Assembly (NCBI GenBank): GCA_043381765.1
Contig: JBHJMP010000165.1
Span: forward strand, 1 to 40,168
Source of the DNA: Collodictyon triciliatum
Lineage: Eukaryota
Direction: 5' to 3'
DNA: 40,168 bases
Both the position numbers and the translations under genes were made by a program. This document shows positions 19,827-32,022 of this stretch, one piece after another. The notes under the pieces were generated by a model, which saw only the letters and a list, made by a program, of their open reading frames with translations, did not search any database and was not told the origin of the DNA. Position 1 is the first letter of the stretch, and every line of letters begins with the position of its first letter.

Positions 19827-21823
19827 TTAATTTATATTCGGGGACATCAGATACGGGCTTAAACTCCTATGAAGCCTCGCTGATTGGTTGGGAGCATAGA
19901 AACAGACTTTACCTCTACTCCAAAGAGACACCATTAAGCATCCGGATGCATCGAAGGTTGCTCCAGTCGGACGATGTACGTCCAAAGTCTGGATAATAGA
20001 ACCGTTTTCGTCAACTATATAGACACGGTCTGATTCAAATACAGAAAGAACAAATCCATTCATCGGTCCGCGGTTGATGAATACCCAATTTTCGCATATC
20101 TTTGGAATGGTTATAGACCGTATATGCTCGCCCGAGCTTGAAAATAAGAGAATCACATTTGAATCCTCTGCTACCACAGCAATAGCGTTATCATTTGTGA
20201 CAACAACCCCCCAAACGCGACCAACCTCGCTCTTTAAGATTTCTGATAAGCTCTCGTGTGTGACAGGTACGGAGTGAAACGACCCGTCCGCGTTGAATTT
20301 TTGAATGCGTCTGTTTTCTGAATCTGCAACATAAAGATAGTCTTCCTGGTCGAAAGCCGCCGCCATCGGTGAGCGGAGCATCCCAGGTTCTCTCCCCATC
20401 TTCCCAATCGTCTTGAGAAAGGCGTAGTGATATCCTGGAACTGTATCGATTGATAGACTAAACGTAGCAATTTTTTCATCTTTTTCATCTTCCGAATCTT
20501 CATCCAAATTAGCCTCAATAATTTGGGTTTGCATGTCTCTTCCTGTATTAGAAGAGGTATTGGAAGTAGACTGGCTTAAACCTTCGTTTTGCTGGCTATT
20601 ATACTTTCCACCTCCAAAGATGACTGATTGGTGGGCTTGTGCTTGGAACAAATGAACCTGATTGTTATTCGTATCAACGATGGCCATCAATATTCCGTCC
20701 GCAGACAAGGCGATGTTGTCCACTGAACCAATGGGACTGTTAGAAAAGTTCCTTCTGGTTAGGCCAATCGAAGACAAGAATTTGAATTGAGATGAAGAGT
20801 CTTGAGAAGCTGATACGTTTTGTTTAGAGAATATGCATAAGGAACCGTGACCTTCGTTGCAAACAAATATGTGGTTGGTTGTAGGGTGCACAGCTATGCC
20901 GAAAGGATAGCTCCAAAAGTATTGTTCGTTGGACGGATTAGCCAACGAATCATTCATGCTTAAGGGATTTGAGAACTCGGGTATATCATAGAATTGAGAA
21001 AAAAGGCGTCTTGTTGGGGATGCATCCACATGGTCGATAAAAACTGGGCGGAATAGATTTTTTCTTGGAGAGCTAATGCCTTCCAGTATTTTTATTGGGT
21101 CGTTGGAGGAAATCTTGTGCAAGATCGAACGCTGTAAATGAAGAGGAGAGATTTTCTTTTTCGGCAAGTTCGAATACTTGTAAATATGACTCCAAGACTG
21201 AGAATATAGAGACAAGGTAGCTTCTAAGCAAGAGTATTTTTTGATTTCTTTCTGTTCAAGATGGCGGAGCTATACATAGAGATTTTGGTATAACATCGGT
21301 ATGTTCTTAGTAGCCAACAACATGAATTCTTATTCGTTTTCATTACAAAGAATACTTGGGTTCAAGTCATTTTTGTGGGTGAGTGCTCTGTTAGAAAACA
21401 AAGATATGATTTAAAGAAATGTATCAAAATGGATAATAAAACACGGATCGCATCTATTACCTGAGCAATATAGTTTTGTATTTCAGTTCCAATATCTCCC
21501 AAATGTTTCTCGACAAGTGCAGATATTACGGTGGAGGCAGATTCACTTTCACCTTCAATCTATCACACAGGCGGCAAAGTATGGAGGAGGTAAAAATGAG
21601 TCCAAGATAACAAAACAAAAAAAAAAGTTGATTCGCAGGTTTGTTTTATTTTCACTCTGATTTTGTGGCACTGGGAAGAAAAATAAGGTTGAAAAGTGGA
21701 CGAAAGTAAGCCCGCTCCTCTAACCCAAAGAGCAGACTGAAAACCCACCTCATCCAAAGCTCGCTCGAAGCAGACATACGAGTCCTGTGCTACTTTCAGT
21801 CTTTCTAACGCTAGAGTTTTCAT
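19827..21823 (-). CDS. NHL-repeat (six-bladed beta-propeller) protein with N-terminal helical/coiled region, 3 exons
   Basis: Exons 21823-21749, 21559-21461 and 21269-19827 join in phase 0. NHL motifs YPFGIAVHPTTNHIFVCN, GKMGREPGMLRSPMAAAFDQEDYLYVADSENRRIQKFNADGSF and RPTGATFDASG. Confidence 0.85.
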
Positions 21824-22664
21824 GCCCTAACCTGTTTCATGAAAAGTCGGCTGAATAGCTCTTTCGCCAGGACTCGCGCGAACTCTGAACGCCCACCTTA
21901 TGGCTTTTGGGTTTGTGGATCTGTTGGACGCACCACACGGTTTTGTGGCACCTATGTGGGCAATCATCCCTTATTTGTAATTTATATGTGGATATTATAC
22001 ATTAATATGTTTATTTGTTTCATATTCATAATTTTAATGTTATTTGTAATTCTATGTACTGAAATATAATACATTATATACAATTATAAACTGTAAGTTA
22101 TTGCTGGTAATTTCTGTAGATATTGACATCATCGTTTCATTCTACAGGAGGAAATGAGAATGCACACAAATGTTTCAATGGAATATAACTTTTGTGGAAT
22201 ACCTATTTCGGCTCCCATTTTTTTCATTATAAATTTTTTTTTCCATCTATGTTTAAATGATTTGCCCACAACCCAAACGGAAGACATACAACCAAATAAT
22301 CGAAACAAAGCATGCGCGAATTTGCCCGAATCACAAAATGAATGGTTTAATCACGCGCTCGTGCGCGTGCGGATGGTTCAGCACAGAAGCCTTTTTCCTT
22401 TATATTTCATTCATTCATATTCGCGTTTCATTCTATTATCATTGTATGTGCTGCTCTCTCGCTTTCTGTGATGATCACAACAACATTGATCATATTCTTG
22501 GATGCTGAAAGGAAGACACGCCCGCCCATCAACAGTTGCAGACACCTGCACAACACGCAAAAAAACGCACTCAGTTACTGTCGCAACTTTTCTATCTTGC
22601 CAAAGGCCTCTTGCTGAGAGAGTGGCTTTTGCCCGCGTTGCTCTCTTAGAACCACCAGAATGTA

Positions 22665-22723
22665 AAAACAAAACAAAACAAAACAAAACAAAACAAAACA
22701 AAACAAAACAAAACAAAACAAAC
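22665..22723 (+). repeat. (AAAAC)n microsatellite
   Basis: Direct reading. Confidence 0.95.
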
Positions 22724-24903
22724 TAAAATATTGAAGAAACACTTACCGAGCGATGGCTTGAGACAAAATCCGACTATCGAACAATTTAGATATATATATA
22801 TATACCGATCCAGCAGCACGTGCTGCAGGATTCTCATCACAACAAACTGTCCTTTCTTTAATTTCTTTTTTTTTTCTCCACACTTTCTGCTGCTTTGCTC
22901 CGATTCGACTGCGTATGTGAATGCGCACTGCGATTCCTTTCATGGGCGATAGATGGGGGAATACTCAAACCTGAACGCAATAAGATATGAGAGTTGTCTA
23001 CATTCTTTCCCTTACTGAAAGAGACAGAAAACAAACTTTGGCTTTGCTGAGCTGCCAATCATTATTGCCACGTTCACAGACAACTCGCTTTGTTGCTGAG
23101 TCTCCGACGCATTGGATACCGGGCACACACACATACACTCTCTCTCTCTTTCACTTCCTCTGCCTCATCTTCCTTTGCCTCTGCCTTTTCCACTTCCTCT
23201 TTGATCCAGCAGCAAATCGCTTCTCTTGCGAAGGTCTTATGCAGCACATACCCAAACATGATTTTTCTATTTTTCTTTTTTTGTTCTTTTCTGTTGCCAG
23301 TGTGGGGAATAGTCGCCAGCATCACCCACAAGGCACACAAGGCACACAACCCAGACGCATATCCCTTTCTTCTCTAATGTCATCAGAGACTATTCCTCCT
23401 CCACCCACACTCATACACACACATACGCTCCCTCATGGAATCCAGACACCACCAACCACAGACAAGATATTTCCATCACGACTAATCGCGGATACAAATC
23501 CGCACCATTCCAGAATAATCGCCCAACACCCTCAAATTGTAAACACACATAATCGAATGCAGCCAAAGCCATATGCACGCTCACACACGCGTGCAAATGC
23601 ACCACTCCATCTTCCTCGGCTACAAAATCCCGGCTCTTGCTTTATTGAAAAAAGTCCTGAAAGAATCAGAAAAGCAAACGTCCAAACTAAGCGCCTTCCT
23701 TATTGTCCGCAACCAACTAACCAAACAGACCAACCAACCAACAAACAAACCAACCAACCAACAAACAAACCCACATGATCACTCGCTCACCCACTCATTT
23801 ATTCGCCCCCACTCTTTCCCACAGAACGCTCCTTCGCCTCAGCCTTCTTCCTCTGCCAGCGGCGCTGCGACGAGACAGGAATCGCCTGAGGGACGAGTCG
23901 TTTCTGGGTGAGTCTTTTGCTTCCTCTGTAGTCTGTCGCTGCCCACTTAATGATCACAAGGCACAACCCCACGTACTTTGTGGTTGTGTGAGTTGTTCGC
24001 TTCCCGCGCGCTTGCTGGTCGTCCTTTCTATTGTGCCTGTGAAGCGCACGAGTTTCTGTCCTTGTGGGAGTGATCAAGACACAATTGCTTGCAAACTCTC
24101 GGCACCAAACCTCGGCCGGAACAAAAGCGAGTCTGATCTGGTACAACCTGAGAGCTACGCGCAAGGATCACGACTCTGGACTTTTTACTCTTTCTTGTGG
24201 AATCTGTTCGAGCCATGAGAAGCCAGAGGATGAAACCCCCACTTTTTCTTTCTTTCTTACAAAGCTAGTATTCCTTCACTTTGCTCAAGCGTGGTTGCCA
24301 CTTTTATTTTCTCTTCTCCATACGTTTATTGTGTAGCATTACGTTCTGAATGTTCCTTTTTTCTCTTTTTTTTTTTTTGTTTTTGTTTCTTTTATCTCCC
24401 TGCTTTAGCTTTTCTTTATATTCCCTCTGCATATACATCTCACTCTCTTGCCTCAGACCCAACCGCAATGAAACAAACAAAGGCGAAGCTTGGGACTTAG
24501 CGAGAGAGCCTCCCCACAAATAAAAGCCTGCTCGGGAGGGCTTCGGCCGGTGGCTGAGCTTCTCCCAAAAATCGTGTCTACGTTAACAAAAAAAAAAGAA
24601 GCAGACTTACACACCAACGTAACCCAACCACAAGTCGCATGCTTGAAGGCAAAAGACAGAAAGGACTCTTCTCCCTATTCTTTTGCGCTGCTTCTCTATA
24701 TCAAACGATTGCTTTTGCTCCACCTGATTCAGCAATATCACATCACCAGCATCATTTTGCCTCTGAATCTCACAAAGGGCAGCACAATTGCAACCACCAT
24801 GACACCCTTTCGCACATCCACAACCACACTGCGGTGCGAGTCCCGCTGCTGGCGACTTTTCCCTCTGTGATGCGCACTTTTCTCTCTGTGATGCTCGCAT
24901 TTG

Positions 24904-25296
24904 GCACTGCATCGCCGAATCGCGGTTCCCTGCGCATTGCATTCTGCACCCCGTAAACCCTCCCTGAATGTCGCTCTGTGCGAATCAACAAAAGAGAATT
25001 TATGGAGACGGGAGAAAAACGCATACATTTTCTCCATTCTATCGTTTTGTCTCTGTTCATTCTTTTCCTTCTTTGACGGAGACAAGCCCATTCAACCTAT
25101 GATTGTATTCTGCTTTGCTTTCGCTCTAGTTCATTTCGGGTTTTGTTTTCACTCACTCATCGCTCGCCCTTTTCATTTCTTTTCTTTCCTTTTCTTTGTG
25201 GGTGTGGCTGTTTGCGTTGAAAATCCGCGCGGAAGGGGGTTGGGATTTGGATGCAGTGCGCTGTTGGAAGGGAACCGCGATTGGGTTTTGCGGGTG
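24904..25296 (+). other. Long imperfect inverted repeat / predicted structured RNA element
   Basis: AATCGCGGTTCCCT (24918-24931) is the exact reverse complement of 25269-25282. GCGCATTGCATTC (24932-24944) pairs with 25249-25261 using 2 G-U pairs. Further nested stems lie inside and outside. Confidence 0.6.
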
Positions 25297-26118
25297 AATC
25301 GAAGGAGTGAACCTACTCAAACAACTTATGTGTAATGCATACGTTTGTATGAATGGTCAATAAAACACAAGTGAAAAGAAAGTGACACAAGGGTTAAAGG
25401 CACAGTAGAGGGACTCGCTCTTTTCCTTTCCTCGTGAATCTGTTTGGAATCAGCGACTCACCTGGTCAATCTAATTCTTCTTTCTATGTATCTGATTCGT
25501 GTAGGAAGATAAGAATAAGGAAAAGGGAGAGTAAAAGTAGAGACAGCAGGGATACAAAAAAATAAGAACAGAAACAAAAGCCGGCTTCTCTGTCTTTTTT
25601 ATCCAGTGCGATTCTGGAGCAGTGGTATTAACTCATCTCTAATTGAAATATATTCATATGATTATGCAAATACACATAATAGTAGTTGGGTCTGTATTGA
25701 TTTGATTACTCACCACTGAATACTCGTACCAATCGTAGCTTTGTTTAGGTGTCGCAAAGACAGGCCCGAATCCGTTCCTCCATTCATTCCTGGCTTCCTA
25801 TTCATTTTTAAATTAAGTAAAGTAAGCAATATACTTTTGTTTTCTTTTTCTTTTGTTTTTATTTATTTTATTTCTCTTTATAACTGCAATTGTTCTATTA
25901 TAATTTCTAATACTAATGCGATGGTTAGTTGGCACAAACATAATTGAACCTACAAACTTCCTCCTTGTTTTGTGCCTAGTTCCGACTGGTAAGCGAAGAT
26001 ACTCACGCTATACGTTAAACCCTATTGTATCTAAACATGTGGGACTCATAGATATTTGTTCAAGTCTACAATCTAAGTATCGAAACAATTTCAAGTTTTG
26101 TTGCTACCTTGACGAAAA

Positions 26119-29100
26119 ATGATGCCAGCACAGCCCAAGTTTTGTGAGTGAATTGCCCACGGCTCGCAAAATGCGTCCTTATCTTGTTGAAAATAATTCA
26201 CACTGCCTTGCTTTGATTTTTTTTCTTCTTTTTTCTTCACTGCAGCAATCCTCTTTCTTGCTCAAGTGCTTTACTTTGTTAAAAAATCGCCACCGTGGAC
26301 GAAATTTTATAATCATTTATATACCTTTTTGACTGGCACACGCCAATATTAACCCCATTTTGTGATGGGTTCATACAATCCTTACAAAAATTCAAATTTC
26401 ATATTTTGGAATGCCATTTTCTCGATTGCTTCTAAAAATATGCACTCGTTATCTCTTTTCTTTTGATATAATTTATTGGTTCTTGGGAATATGTGAGAAG
26501 CTCAGTCATTCATCTAATGAACCAACCAAAAAATCAGTATCCGACCTACACGGCTCCAGTTTTGATTATCTCATTATAACTAACTTTGTTGTATACGAGT
26601 TTCCCATCGACGTAAGTTATATTACCACATACTTTTTTCTTACTGCTTGATGGCAATATTTTGAACTGTAGAAAATAAAACAAGAACACCCACAAACACA
26701 AATTAGACACCCCTTTTATCCTTTGTGTGTATGTGACGTACTCACCTCTCTATGATAGACAACCAGCGATCATGTGCAGCAGACAGAACAGCCTCCGACT
26801 CAAAGTCACCCAGCCTCCGAAATTATTGATATTCCTTGGATTGTGTTAGATTTACATACTGCACTTGTTGTAGACCAGCAACAAATGGTTGTGAAGCCTC
26901 ACAAATCTGTCCATCTGGCAGAGGAGATGGAGAGCCGGTTAGGTGCGTTATAAACGACGTTTTTCTTATAGTATCTCTCTCAACAGAATATGTTATCTGG
27001 TTCACAAAAGAAAAAGGCATGGTTAATTTCATTTTTTTTTATTTTTTTTTTATAAAAAATAGGAATAAAGAATAGTCTTCTATCATCAGCCTCAAACTTG
27101 CAGGACGTTTTGAATCAGGTTCTTCACCAGCGCACAATGCTCGTTATAGATAGTCCTTAACGTGTTTGAAAGCATAGCCAAAATTAGACATTTTTTCTGT
27201 AGTAATTCCTAAATTCAATAATTTAGTTTGATGAGTATATCAACGCCCACTTTTTGGCACACAACAAAACTTTCTGCTTTCTTACTGATGGGCCAAACGA
27301 CTTTGAGGTCTCCAAATATCCTTCATTTTCATTTTCTCTTGTTTTCCTTTCCTTTCCTTTTCTTTTTATTCATTTTTTTATTCATTTGATTTCTTTGTTT
27401 CTTTTCTATTTCTTGTTTTTTAACTTGCTTGTTTGCTTGCTTGCTTGTTTGCTTGTTGTTGTTCTCTGCTTTATTTATTTATTTATTTATTTACTTATTT
27501 ATTCATTTAGTATATAGTGGTGATGATACATAGTTTCCTCTTTTTCTTTCCGTTCTTTTTCTTTGTTTTCTGCTCTTTTTGGATATATGAGCCACTCATC
27601 CAATACACATATACACACGTGATATCAAAGCTAATGGATTTGCCAACCATTCAAACTGGATTGTAGCATGTGATAAGAGACGAAGCCCACACAAAGAGAA
27701 TCAACCTTGAGCCGTATTTTGGTCGGTATTTTGACGTTCGCAGTGAATTTGAAAAGTGCTTTCCTCACATGGACGAGCCCGCCTCTCTTGACGACATCGT
27801 GAAATGTATTTTTGTTCTCCCTAATTCTTACATGAACATACTACAATGTTGTTGATATAAAGAATTAATAAATGATGTCCCAACAACCAAGTTGGCTTGC
27901 TACCATCAACACATCAAACCCAATTCCTTCATTTGAAAAATATCATCATATTCCCCTGGAAATTTGATGTTTATTTCTTTTCTTCTCCTTCTCCTTCTTC
28001 GTCTGATTATCCAATTAGATTTTGAAATTCACCTCGACCAGGAGAGACGGACTGGGTTGGAGGATTGCCGCCTGATGAGCATTATAGTTAATAGACTATT
28101 ACAAAATGGTAAATTCCCTCGTAACAAACAATATCTTCCAGGTTTCACTCATTCCACACTTTTTTATACAAACACTAATAACGATAATTATGGTGACTAA
28201 ATACATGTACAGGTCATCGCTTTGTTACGCCCGAGGCCATGGAGCTTGAAAAGATTCCTCAGGACCAACTCCTATTGATATCACCCAAGGGCGCCAACGA
28301 ACAATCTAGTCTAAGGTACAAGCTGGCCCTTCAACTTTATGTAGAGGAATAATTCTGAAAACATATAAATGTCAATATGAATGAAATGTAAACTAAATGA
28401 ATACTCCTTGCATGTAGGGGCATCAGCGAAGAAAATTGGATTGCACGCCTTCGAGGTCTTCCTTGGGACGCCACCGACCAGCACATCCGGATGTTTTTCG
28501 ACCGGATTCGAATCCCATTCAACGGCATCACATTTACATTCAACCAGCAAGGGCGACCATCCGGAGAGGCCTACGTACGATTCACATCAGAGGAAGACTA
28601 CAAGCTCGCCCTTCTCCATCACAAAAAGATTATTGGGAAAAGATACATCGAAGTCTTTCGTATCAACAACCACGATGCAGCCCCAAGTAATCGAGCGGGC
28701 CCGAGTGCGGATGATTATTCAAGCCCCGAGCAATTGAGCATAGTCCGAATGAGAGGCATTCCGTCATGCTCGTCACTGACGGATCTGGAGCAGTTCTTTG
28801 AAGGATTTACCATCCCCAAAGAACAGATTCACATGGTTCGCAATGGAGAGGACCAGTTCGTTGGCGAGGCCTTTGTCGAGTTTGAGTCGCAACCGGCCGC
28901 CGAAAAGGCCGTTGACGCGCTGGACAAGAAAGTGGTTGGGGGCCGCTTGGTAGAGCTTTTCCCATGCAACAACACGGAAATGATGACTGTAATACAGCGA
29001 TGGAGTGAATTATCGTGCACAAGCTACAAAGACCTTCTGGACGAAGTCATTCTGGACGACGGGTTGTCATCTACTTACAGCAGCTTTTCTGCTCCGCATT

Positions 29101-31302
29101 CACACCACGAAATGCCGCTTCATCCACCCCATGAATATGCGCACACAAGTCCCGACAACACAGACGGCCATCGGACACCCACATCCAGTTATTCCCACGA
29201 CGATTACTTCAACTTTGCGGAGTTTGATGAGAGCACGGCCATTCGACTCCGCAATCTCCCGCTTTCTGTCAGCGAGCAAGACATCATCGAGTTTTTTGGG
29301 GACACATCATCCTCCATAGCGCCAAATGGAATACACATCCTGCACAATGCACAAGTAAGCTTTTAGATTTTCTATTTTTTTTCCACCTTTGTGTGATGTC
29401 TCTCCCGTTTAAATTTCTCTTTCTTTCACTTTCAGTATATTGTTATATATGTATATCCTAACATACAAATTGAAATGAAACCAAAAAAAATAAAAAAGTT
29501 GTCCTAACATACAAACATCAACACTGCGTCTCTGGATGATAGGACAGGCCAACAGGCGAGGTCTATGTTGAATTCCTGACCGAGGCAGACTGCGTGACTG
29601 CATTGGGCAATCATAAGCCCGCCATATACGACCGCAGTGTCGAGCTTTCTCATTGCACTCGCGGTGAAATGCTGATGGCTCTCGGATATTTCTGCTACCA
29701 GTCGGGTGTGGACCCAACGATGGACATCCCCGTGATGGACATTCACCCGCCGAGGACTTCTCATGTGACAGCTTCTTCTTCTTCTTTTCTTTATTGTTAT
29801 GCTCTTATATCTTACCTATCTTGAAGAAAGAAAAAAGATGGAAAAAAAGATGGAAAAAAAGATGGAAAAAAAGATAGAAAAAAGATAGAAAAAAAGATAG
29901 AAAAAAGATAGAAAAAAGATAGAAAAAAAGATAGAAAAAAAGATAGAAAAAAAGATAGAAAAAAAGATAGAAAAAAAGATAGAAAAAAAGATAGAAAAAA
30001 AAAGATAGAAAAAAAGATAAAAAAAGAAAGAAAGAAGAACAAACCTTGTATCATGTATTCATTCCTTCTGGACAGCCTGCCATCAAAAGGAGACCATTAA
30101 CACATCCCAACCACACAGGATTTACAGCCCACCGAGCAGCACACCCAGCACCAACAGCAACATCACGAGAGCATTCTAGCCGCACCAGAGACAAGCAAGC
30201 CCGACTCTGGCCCAAACACACCGTCACTCTTCAACAGCCAAACACCCACTGCGTTGCTTTCACAGATGCAGAGCCATTTTGGAGCGACAAACGCATCCAC
30301 ACCTCCACCATCACAGACACACATTTTGAACCCGCCCACCTCGTTTAATCCCGCACAAGGACAGCTGCCATCGCAGACGCATTCCCACGGCCTTTCTAAC
30401 GCTCAAGGCCACGCACACACACACGGACACATGCATTCTCATTCTCATTCGCATTCACATCCTCATTCACACCTGCATTCGCACCATCACACATCAGTCC
30501 ACGCCCACCCTCATCTGATCCAGCACAGTCATCAGGGCCATCATCATCATCATCACTTGTCCACTCCAATTCATATCCAGCATCGCCACACAAAAGCAAA
30601 GCTTCCTCTTCTTCAGACTCACCCCGTCCAGCCACACAGCCATGGAAGCGGGCCAAATATTCTGCGGATGAGAGGATTACCCTTCAGAGCAACGTAAGAG
30701 CATCTCCTAGTATCTCCTGATTCGATCACTTGCATCGAGTGAATTCGGCTGCAATCCGAAATCACAATGATAATATTAAGATTAAAATACGGATGTATTT
30801 TATTAAAAAGAAATGATATTGTTCAATATAATCGACGCAATTCATGTGTTTTTATTTTTGCAGGCCTGATTCAATCGTGGCATTTTTCACTGGGTATACC
30901 ATCATTAAAGAGTCAATCATCTTTGGAGTGGATCGAATCGGTCGCCCAAGCGGTATATATATTGCTTTTCATTTACATATATATTTCTCAATTTGCTTCT
31001 TCTTTGTCATGAATATCGGAGCTTATCAACGCAGCGAGCGTTGGCATTAGAAGGGACGATATGTCAATCTCATGCATTATTGTGTCTTGTTTGTCCCTTT
31101 TCTTCCTCTCATCATTCATATACTTTTATTTATTTCTTTCTCTTTCTCTCTTTCTCTCTTTCTCTCTTTTTATTTTCCATTCATTCTCCGCACAACAGGA
31201 GAGGCTTGGGTGACGTTTGAAACAGCAGAAGAGGCCCAACGAGCGTTTCATGAACTTAACCACAAGCACATGGGTTCAAGATACATCGAACTCTTCTTGT
31301 AG
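26119..31302 (+). CDS. ESRP/Fusilli-like RNA-binding protein: degenerate DEDDh exonuclease-like domain plus four hnRNP F/H-type quasi-RRMs
   Basis: Spliced exons give FDYLIITNFVVYE...EIIDIPWIVLD...FCFLTDGPNDFEHVIRDEA...YFDVRSEFEKCFP...TGLEDC (ERI1/ESRP-like fold). The qRRMs are ARLRGLPW...GRPSGEAYVRF...KRYIEVF; VRMRGIP...GEAFVEF...RLVELF; IRLRNLP...GEVYVEF; LRMRGLPF...GRPSGEAWVTF...MGSRYIELF. Stop TAG at 31302. The start (MMPAQPKF, 26119) is inferred from the splice 26144-26537. Confidence 0.88.
29824..30034 (+). repeat. (AAAAAAAGATAG)n intronic minisatellite
   Basis: Direct reading. Confidence 0.95.
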
Positions 31303-31927
31303 CCCATTCCAAGCACTCGACGCGCATGTAGCCGCGTGGTTTTTGGACGGGTGGAAAGAACGCAACGATGTTGTTCCTTCTTTTGTTTCCCTTTGTTTTC
31401 TTTTGTTTTCTCATTTTTTCTTCATTTTCCTCATTTTTTTATCATTTTTTATGCTGATTTGCAGCACCATTCTTTCCATTTACTCCCCACCTCCGTTTCA
31501 TTATTTCCGGGGTCTGCAAAGTGTCGGTACGAGGATATCCAAGTAACTCAGTGTGTATGCGAACACTGGCGGGTACAAACACGTCTTTGGATTTTTTTCT
31601 CTGCAACTCTGACTCCTATTCATTTCTTTTTCCTTTTTTATATATATATTTTATATTTAATTTAATTATTTTTTTCTTTCACGTGCTACGGACAGCTTTG
31701 CAATTTTGATACATCTGCATCCACGTGTCCGCTTTTATGCTCCTACTCACTGCAGTGCCTTAAAAAATAATCAAAAAAGAAACAGAAAGCATCACTTCAA
31801 TCACTTTCTTTTCATTCCTTTGCTCGGCTCCTGCCTCGGCCTAATGATAATGACTCAAGCAGCTCGTATTCTCACACTGCCACTTCCCCAGCCTCCCTTT
31901 TTCCACAACTCTCCATCGCCTCGGGGT

Positions 31928-32022
31928 TCTTTCTTTTTCTTTTTCTTTTTCTTTTTCTTTTTCTTTTTCTTTTCCTTTTTCTTTTTCTTTTCCTTTTTCT
32001 TTTTCTTTTCCTTTTCCTTTTC
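31928..32022 (+). repeat. (TTTTTC)n repeat
   Basis: Direct reading. Confidence 0.9.

Noticed and set aside
22468-22508. C/D box pair GTGATGA...CTGA
   Set aside because: Only ~40 nt apart and no recognisable rRNA antisense element.
22453-24509. 11-nt reverse-complement match GCTCTCTCGCT/AGCGAGAGAGC
   Set aside because: Low complexity and at chance level for a 4-kb region.
24954-24961. TAAACCCT as a possible telomerase RNA template
   Set aside because: Only 8 nt, similar words occur elsewhere, the telomere repeat is unknown, and no template-boundary or pseudoknot arrangement is evident.
26105-26128. ACCTTGAC...CCAG resembling a U12 branch point and acceptor
   Set aside because: It overlaps the inferred start codon, and no convincing upstream U12 donor or exon fits.
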